A stretch of 38,378 nucleotides of DNA from Candidatus Micrarchaeota archaeon (GTDB lineage: Archaea; Micrarchaeota; Micrarchaeia; Norongarragalinales; SBBD01), in assembly GCA_043820675.1 (NCBI GenBank), contig JBDRDM010000006.1, positions 1 through 38,378 of the forward strand, written 5' to 3'. The translations under genes were made by a program, and so were the position numbers. Below, one piece after another: positions 33,812 through 38,378 of the stretch. The stretch's first letter is position 1; the number at the start of each line of letters is the position of its first letter. Below the pieces are notes generated by a model. The model did not search any database, had not been told where the DNA came from, and saw only the letters and a program-made list of their open reading frames with translations.

Positions 33812-34882
33812 CTAACCTATTACTTCAATGTCGTAGCCGATCTCTTTTTCAGGCTGCTTTTGCTTCATGAATTCCCTCCCAACAATATGGGGGGATGTTA
33901 CACCGGTAACTATTGCCACGATTTCAAGCTTGCCGTCATAGTCAGGCAAAAGCCGCGCGCCCCACTTAACAGACGCCTTGGGATCCATCTGCTCGGTAAT
34001 CCTCTCACCGGCACGGATCGCATCCCCAAGGGTGAGGTCGGATCCGCCTGCGATATGGATGAGGGCGCCCCTTGCACCCGCAAAATCTACATCAAGAAGG
34101 CGGTTCTTTAGTACCCCTTCAACGGCATCATCCACCTTGTTTGGGCCCTTGCCAGATCCAACTGCGATCATGCCAACATCTCCCTGGCCCATGATTGATC
34201 TCACATCCGCAAAATCGATGTTAACTAGAGAGGGCTGGGTTATTGTAAATACGAGGCCGCCAATTGCCTTTGCTAGGATTTCATCGGCAACCAGGAACGC
34301 TTGGTTCATCGGCAGGTTGGGAACGATCTGCACAAGGCGGTTGTTATCGAGAATAATGACGGAATCAGCAACCCCCCTAAGCCTTGCGATGCCTTCCTCG
34401 GCTTTTGTAACGCGCGCCCTTTCCAATGCGAAAGGGTATGTGACCATTGCAACGACAATTGCACCCATCTCCTTTGCTACTTCCGCAATGATTGGGGCTG
34501 CGCCGGTGCCGGTGCCTCCGCCCATGCCCGCGCAAATGAATACAAGATGGGAACCTTCCATTTCCTTGCGAATTGCCTCCCTATCCATTTCCGCGCATTT
34601 TGCACCCACTTCAGGGTAGCCTCCTGCGCCAAGGCCCTTGGTAATGGATTTGCCGATGAGGAATTTCCTAACGCCCTCTTCAACGATGTTGAGGTGCTGG
34701 CGGTCGGTATTGCATGCGATCAGATCCGCACCCTTGACGCCAAGTTTCTTGAGTCGGTTTACAGTGTTGTTTCCGCCGCCGCCGACACCGAATACAGTTA
34801 TTCGGATGTGCTCGAATTCATCGTTCCGGACGCCGGTTCCGCTGTTTTGCATGGCGGATTTGATAATGCTCTCCATTCTCAT
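33812..34882 (-). CDS. ftsZ: cell division protein FtsZ (paralog A, upstream copy)
   Basis: VFGVGGGGNNTV, GLGAGGYPEVG, ICAGMGGGTGTGAAPIIAEVAK, NRLVQIVPNLPMNQAF. The track starts at TTG 34915. ATG 34882 (MRMESIIK...) is preferred. Confidence 0.93.
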   Translation of the reverse strand: MRMESIIKSAMQNSGTGVRNDEFEHIRITVFGVGGGGNNTVNRLKKLGVKGADLIACNTDRQHLNIVEEGVRKFLIGKSITKGLGAGGYPEVGAKCAEMDREAIRKEMEGSHLVFICAGMGGGTGTGAAPIIAEVAKEMGAIVVAMVTYPFALERARVTKAEEGIARLRGVADSVIILDNNRLVQIVPNLPMNQAFLVADEILAKAIGGLVFTITQPSLVNIDFADVRSIMGQGDVGMIAVGSGKGPNKVDDAVEGVLKNRLLDVDFAGARGALIHIAGGSDLTLGDAIRAGERITEQMDPKASVKWGARLLPDYDGKLEIVAIVTGVTSPHIVGREFMKQKQPEKEIGYDIEVIG

Positions 34883-35217
34883 CGCCTCATCAATAAACCT
34901 TTGGGTTTGAAACAATTTTGGATATCAACAAATTACCAGACTATATTTAAATACTTTTGCATCGGGATTCCCGCGTTTGGCAGGCCAATCACTTGGGCAT
35001 CTGATCCGGGAAAACCACAAGGGGTTGAGAGAGGAAATTGCACGTTTTCATCCATGATATGATGCCAATTAGGCCCCATGCCTTAAAATCCGCAATCGGG
35101 AGCATTTTATTGGAAAAAAATTCAGAAATTTAAAATGCACATTTTTAGGCAAACCAAAAGGCTTAAATTAGGGATCTTGCAGCAAATATCAAACACAAGC
35201 ATGGAAGCCGGGAAAAT

Positions 35218-35340
35218 ATGTACAAGCAAGACTACCTGATGTTCATGGCTTTCATAAGCGCCATCCTCGCCCTTAGCGTGCACTGGTTCCTTGGCGCAGC
35301 AAATTTCATAATCGCGTATGCGTACATCGCGGAGGCATGA
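35218..35340 (+). CDS. possible 40-aa single-TM micro-protein
   Basis: Manual translation gives MYKQDYLMFMAFISAILALSVHWFLGAANFIIAYAYIAEA. It sits alone in the 575-nt ftsZ/polB divergent spacer. Hydrophobicity is the only support. Confidence 0.25.
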   Translation: MYKQDYLMFMAFISAILALSVHWFLGAANFIIAYAYIAEA

Positions 35341-35478
35341 ATTTTCTTTATTTTAGGATGAAATAGGATTTTTTTATTGGTGTTTATGCAACAATTACCC
35401 TCATCCTCAACTAAAAGTCCCGCTCAATGCCATTAATTTTTTTTCCTAACTCATTCGCGCAGCAAGTCCGGCTTAGCA

Positions 35479-35486
35479 TTTATTAA
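35479..35486 (+). promoter_or_regulatory. TATA-box-like element for polB (a leaderless start is likely)
   Basis: TTTATTAA ends 25 nt before ATG 35511 and 31 nt before ATG 35517. Confidence 0.4.
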
Positions 35487-35510
35487 TTTGTGAGCTTTCA
35501 TCCCTACCTG

Positions 35511-37970
35511 ATGCTCATGGCCCAAAGAAAAACCGCCCTCCTGCTGGATGTTGGATACGTAATGAAGAACAATGCATCCATGCTCCGGCTGATCTTGAAG
35601 GATCCGGAAACGAAAAGGACCTTCCGGCTATATGATGAGGAATTCGAGCCGTATTTTTATTTGAAAACGGAGGGGAGCGAAGAGGAAGCAGGGAAGGTGA
35701 CGGCGGACCTCCTGAAAATTACGGCTTTTGACAGGGGAAAGGAAATCCGGATCAAGCGTGTTGGAAATATCACAAGGAAACTCCTGCATGAGGATGCAAA
35801 ATTCCTGAAAATCACCTGCTTCCACCCTTCGGATGTGACGAAAATAAGGGAGGAGGCAAAGAGGTTTGGAGAAACCTTCGAGCACGGAATATCCTACACG
35901 AAAAGGTATGTCATCGACAAGGCACTGGTGCCCTGCAGCCTCATTGAATTCCAGGAGGGTGAGCAGCACAGGGCAACTGGAATCAAGCAGGCAAAGGCCA
36001 CGGGAATTGCCGAGATGCCCTTGAACATTATTGCGCTGGACATAGAAACATACAATCCAAGGACAATCCCAAACCCCGCTTCGGACCCTGCAATAATGGT
36101 CGGCTGGGCGGATGAAAAGGAAAAGGGCATATTCTCTTTCAAAAAAAAAGTGCGGGATTCTAATGCCGAGATATTGCAAACGGAAAAGGAAATGCTCGAG
36201 CGGCTGGGGGATTTCCTGAAGGAAAAGAAGGTGGATTTGATTGCGACATACAACGGCGACCAGTTTGATTTGCCATACCTTCGCGATAGGGCAAAGGCAT
36301 TGAGGGCGCATATGCATTTGGGCCGGGACAAGATGCCCCCGAAGAGCAAATCACTGGGAATCAGGTCGCAAACCTCGCTCAACGGCCGGATACATTTCGA
36401 TGTTTTCCCGGTTGTTTCGTTCCTGAATTACATCGGCGCCTACAAACTGCAAAGGCTTACGCTCGAGGTCGCATACAGGGAAATCCTGGGCGGCGCCAAA
36501 ATGGATGTCAAAAAGGAGCAGATCTGGCAGATTTGGGACTCTGATGATACGGATAAGCTTAGGCACCTTGCGGAATACTGCGAAAACGATGCGGTTGCAG
36601 CGTTCCGGCTTGCAAACCACGTGCTGCCGCTTGAAATCGAGCTTAGCAGATTGACGGGGATGACGCTATTTGATGCCAGCAGGAGCACGCCGGGCCAGCT
36701 CGTGGAAATGCTCCTTATGCGGGAGGCGCATGTCAGCGGGGAGATGATCCTCTCAAAGCCAAAATATGACGAGGTGCAGAAACGGTCCGCGAATCCAGTG
36801 GAGGGCGCGTTCGTGAAATTGCCAAGCCCTGGTGTTTACGAGAACATCGCGGTATTGGATTTCCGCTCGCTTTACCCCTCAATAATTATTTCCCACAACA
36901 TCGATGTTTCAACGCTTAATTGCAAATGCTGCACAAAGGAAGAATCATTCGTTTCGCCGCAGGGCCACAGGTTCTGTAAGAAGAAAAAGGGGCTCATGCC
37001 AAGGGTTTTGCAAAACGTCCTGAATTCGAGATTTGAAATCAAGAGGAAAATGTCATTGCTAAAAAAAGATGGGAACGCCGGAACACCCGAATATAAGGAA
37101 ATGGACGCCCGCCAATGGGCGCTAAAAATCGTTGCCAACTCGATGTACGGGTATTTGCTTTATGCAAGATCCAGGTATTATTCGAGGGAGGCGGGTGAAT
37201 CCGTTACTGCATATGCTCGAGGATACATACAAAAGACCATGGAAAAGGCCTCGGAGTTTGGGATGGATGTCCTTTATGGGGATACGGACAGCATATTCAT
37301 GCTCTATGGGAAGCCCGAAAACGAGGGAAGAGTGATTGAATTCCAGAAAAAGATCAACTCTGAGCTTCCGGAAACAATGGAGCTCGAGCTCGAGGATATT
37401 TATCCGCGCGGAATTTTCGTTAGCAAAAAGCAGGAGGAGAAGGGCGCGAAGAAGAAGTACGCGCTCATCAACAAGGAAGGCAAAATCAAGATCAGGGGAT
37501 TCGAATTGGTGAGGCGCGATTGGAGCAAGATTGCAAAGGATACGCAGCGCCAGGTATTGGAAATAATCCTAAAGGAGGGCGATGTGAAGAAGGCAACTGA
37601 TCTTGCGCGCGCAAAAATCGATGAATTGAAATCTGGGAAGGTGCCGTTGGATGAGCTTTCCATATTTACGCAGCTGAAAAAAGCCGTTGGAAGCTATGAC
37701 ATCGTATCTCCCGAAGTTTCAGCAGTGGTGAAGGCAAGGAAGTCGGGATTTGCTATGGAGGACAATCCGGTGATCAGCTACGTGATCACAAAACAGGGAA
37801 AGACTATTTCTGAAAAGGCAACGATAACGGAAATGGCAAAAGATTATGACCCGGACTATTACATAAACAATCAAGTATTGCCAGCAGTGCTCAAAATCCT
37901 CTCGGCCCTTGGCTATGATGCGGAGAACTTGAAAATGAAGGGCGAGCAAAAGAGCCTTGGGGATTGGTGA
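35511..37970 (+). CDS. polB: family B DNA polymerase
   Basis: Exo I is IIALDIETYN, Exo II is YNGDQFDLPYL, Exo III is YCENDAVA. Pol motif A is DFRSLYPSII, motif B is KIVANSMYGY, motif C is YGDTDS. No intein. The track start GTG 35490 lies inside the putative promoter-to-start interval, so the ATG at 35511 or 35517 is preferred. Confidence 0.93.
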   Translation: MLMAQRKTALLLDVGYVMKNNASMLRLILKDPETKRTFRLYDEEFEPYFYLKTEGSEEEAGKVTADLLKITAFDRGKEIRIKRVGNITRKLLHEDAKFLKITCFHPSDVTKIREEAKRFGETFEHGISYTKRYVIDKALVPCSLIEFQEGEQHRATGIKQAKATGIAEMPLNIIALDIETYNPRTIPNPASDPAIMVGWADEKEKGIFSFKKKVRDSNAEILQTEKEMLERLGDFLKEKKVDLIATYNGDQFDLPYLRDRAKALRAHMHLGRDKMPPKSKSLGIRSQTSLNGRIHFDVFPVVSFLNYIGAYKLQRLTLEVAYREILGGAKMDVKKEQIWQIWDSDDTDKLRHLAEYCENDAVAAFRLANHVLPLEIELSRLTGMTLFDASRSTPGQLVEMLLMREAHVSGEMILSKPKYDEVQKRSANPVEGAFVKLPSPGVYENIAVLDFRSLYPSIIISHNIDVSTLNCKCCTKEESFVSPQGHRFCKKKKGLMPRVLQNVLNSRFEIKRKMSLLKKDGNAGTPEYKEMDARQWALKIVANSMYGYLLYARSRYYSREAGESVTAYARGYIQKTMEKASEFGMDVLYGDTDSIFMLYGKPENEGRVIEFQKKINSELPETMELELEDIYPRGIFVSKKQEEKGAKKKYALINKEGKIKIRGFELVRRDWSKIAKDTQRQVLEIILKEGDVKKATDLARAKIDELKSGKVPLDELSIFTQLKKAVGSYDIVSPEVSAVVKARKSGFAMEDNPVISYVITKQGKTISEKATITEMAKDYDPDYYINNQVLPAVLKILSALGYDAENLKMKGEQKSLGDW

Positions 37971-37994
37971 TTTAAGCCAATTTTGAGATGAGGG

Positions 37995-38009
37995 GAAGAG
38001 TTACTCTTC
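37995..38009. terminator. short perfect hairpin between convergent genes
   Basis: GAAGAG-TTA-CTCTTC lies 25 nt after the polB stop codon. Weak evidence on its own. Confidence 0.25.
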
Positions 38010-38048
38010 AGCTAATAATTAGCAATCCAAATTCCCTATAATTTCACC

Positions 38049-38378
38049 CTATTTTTTAACCGGCTCCCTGCGAGTGAATCTGTCTGCCGCAGATAGTTTT
38101 TTCCGCAATGCCAGCCAGCCGACTAGGGTGATGGGCACCGGCCATTGCCAGGATTCGGCAGACATATGGTTTGGGAACCTGCCTGCAAAGAAGTGGGGGT
38201 GCTCAACATATTTGTCCTGCATGCCCCTAAGGAAAAACGCATGCCCTCCAATCATGGACGCGAGGAGGAATGCGGTTGTTACTTTGCGCTTTCCAGCTGC
38301 CCTTAAAGCAGATCTGCCAGCAAGCCTTATGCCCTCTCCCGCAAGACGGAAAGGATAACCAGCGAATTTGAGGCCGAA
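38049..38378 (-). CDS. C-terminal part of a hypothetical protein (the ORF enters from the right edge)
   Basis: The reverse frame is open from 38378 to the stop at 38049: FGLKFAGYPFRLAGEGIRLAGRSALRAAGKRKVTTAFLLASMIGGHAFFLRGMQDKYVEHPHFFAGRF...WPVPITLVGWLALRKK. The track lists only the internal-Met part (38049..38255). No family recognised. Confidence 0.4.
   Translation of the reverse strand, partial: FGLKFAGYPFRLAGEGIRLAGRSALRAAGKRKVTTAFLLASMIGGHAFFLRGMQDKYVEHPHFFAGRFPNHMSAESWQWPVPITLVGWLALRKKLSAADRFTRREPVKK

Noticed and set aside
32849-34111. 420-aa + strand ORF spanning both ftsZ genes and their spacer (also 33978..34619 + and 34301..35062 +)
   Set aside because: It is antisense to two unmistakable FtsZ genes. 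The translation is low-complexity Ala/Ser/Pro-rich with no motifs, a typical shadow ORF opposite Gly/Ala-rich coding sequence.
34916-35489. ftsZ-polB spacer considered as a replication origin
   Set aside because: No ORB-like repeated elements and no orc1/cdc6 gene are visible nearby. AT-richness is unremarkable for a spacer here.

Overview
This window reads as an archaeal chromosomal segment, probably from a small-genome uncultured lineage. That placement is inference only, since no rRNA gene is present. Archaeal markers include aEF-1alpha, aEF-2, aIF2-gamma, Cbf5, the ribosomal proteins L14e, L34e, uL15 and uS10, SecY with a DUF106/YidC-like partner, family-B DNA polymerase and two FtsZ genes. 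TATA-like boxes and GGTGA/GGAGG Shine-Dalgarno motifs are also visible.

The core of the window is the conserved string uL15-SecY-DUF106-L34e-cmk-L14e-cbf5-aIF2gamma (10.4-16.6 kb, + strand), followed by tRNA-Arg(GCG), a small four-CxxC zinc-ribbon gene, a RibL-like gene and EF-1alpha-S10.

The accessory content falls into five groups:
1. A GIDE-LemA-GIDE membrane module followed by a decayed second LemA copy (21.0-23.3 kb), lying between S10 and an inverted EF-2.
2. An envelope locus (26.7-32.3 kb). It holds a 1027-aa sequon-rich surface protein built of repeated modules, a 645-aa secreted Cys-rich protein that starts with a Kazal-like domain and ends in a 30-nt tandem repeat, and a small acidic lipoprotein.
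3. Two tandem FtsZ paralogs (32.5-34.9 kb), divergent from polB.
4. A Csa3/CARF-like wHTH regulator whose 3-prime end overlaps a convergent RelA/SpoT-type HD-domain gene (4.6-6.1 kb).
5. An EF-Tu/SelB-like paralog with a degenerate G domain (0.9-1.9 kb).

I found no CRISPR array, rRNA gene, transposase or integrase.

Several real genes are missing from the ORF track: L14e, the zinc-ribbon protein, and two ORFs truncated by the window edges. Many long track ORFs are antisense shadows of real genes. All family calls rest on motifs recognised by eye and need HMM or structure confirmation.
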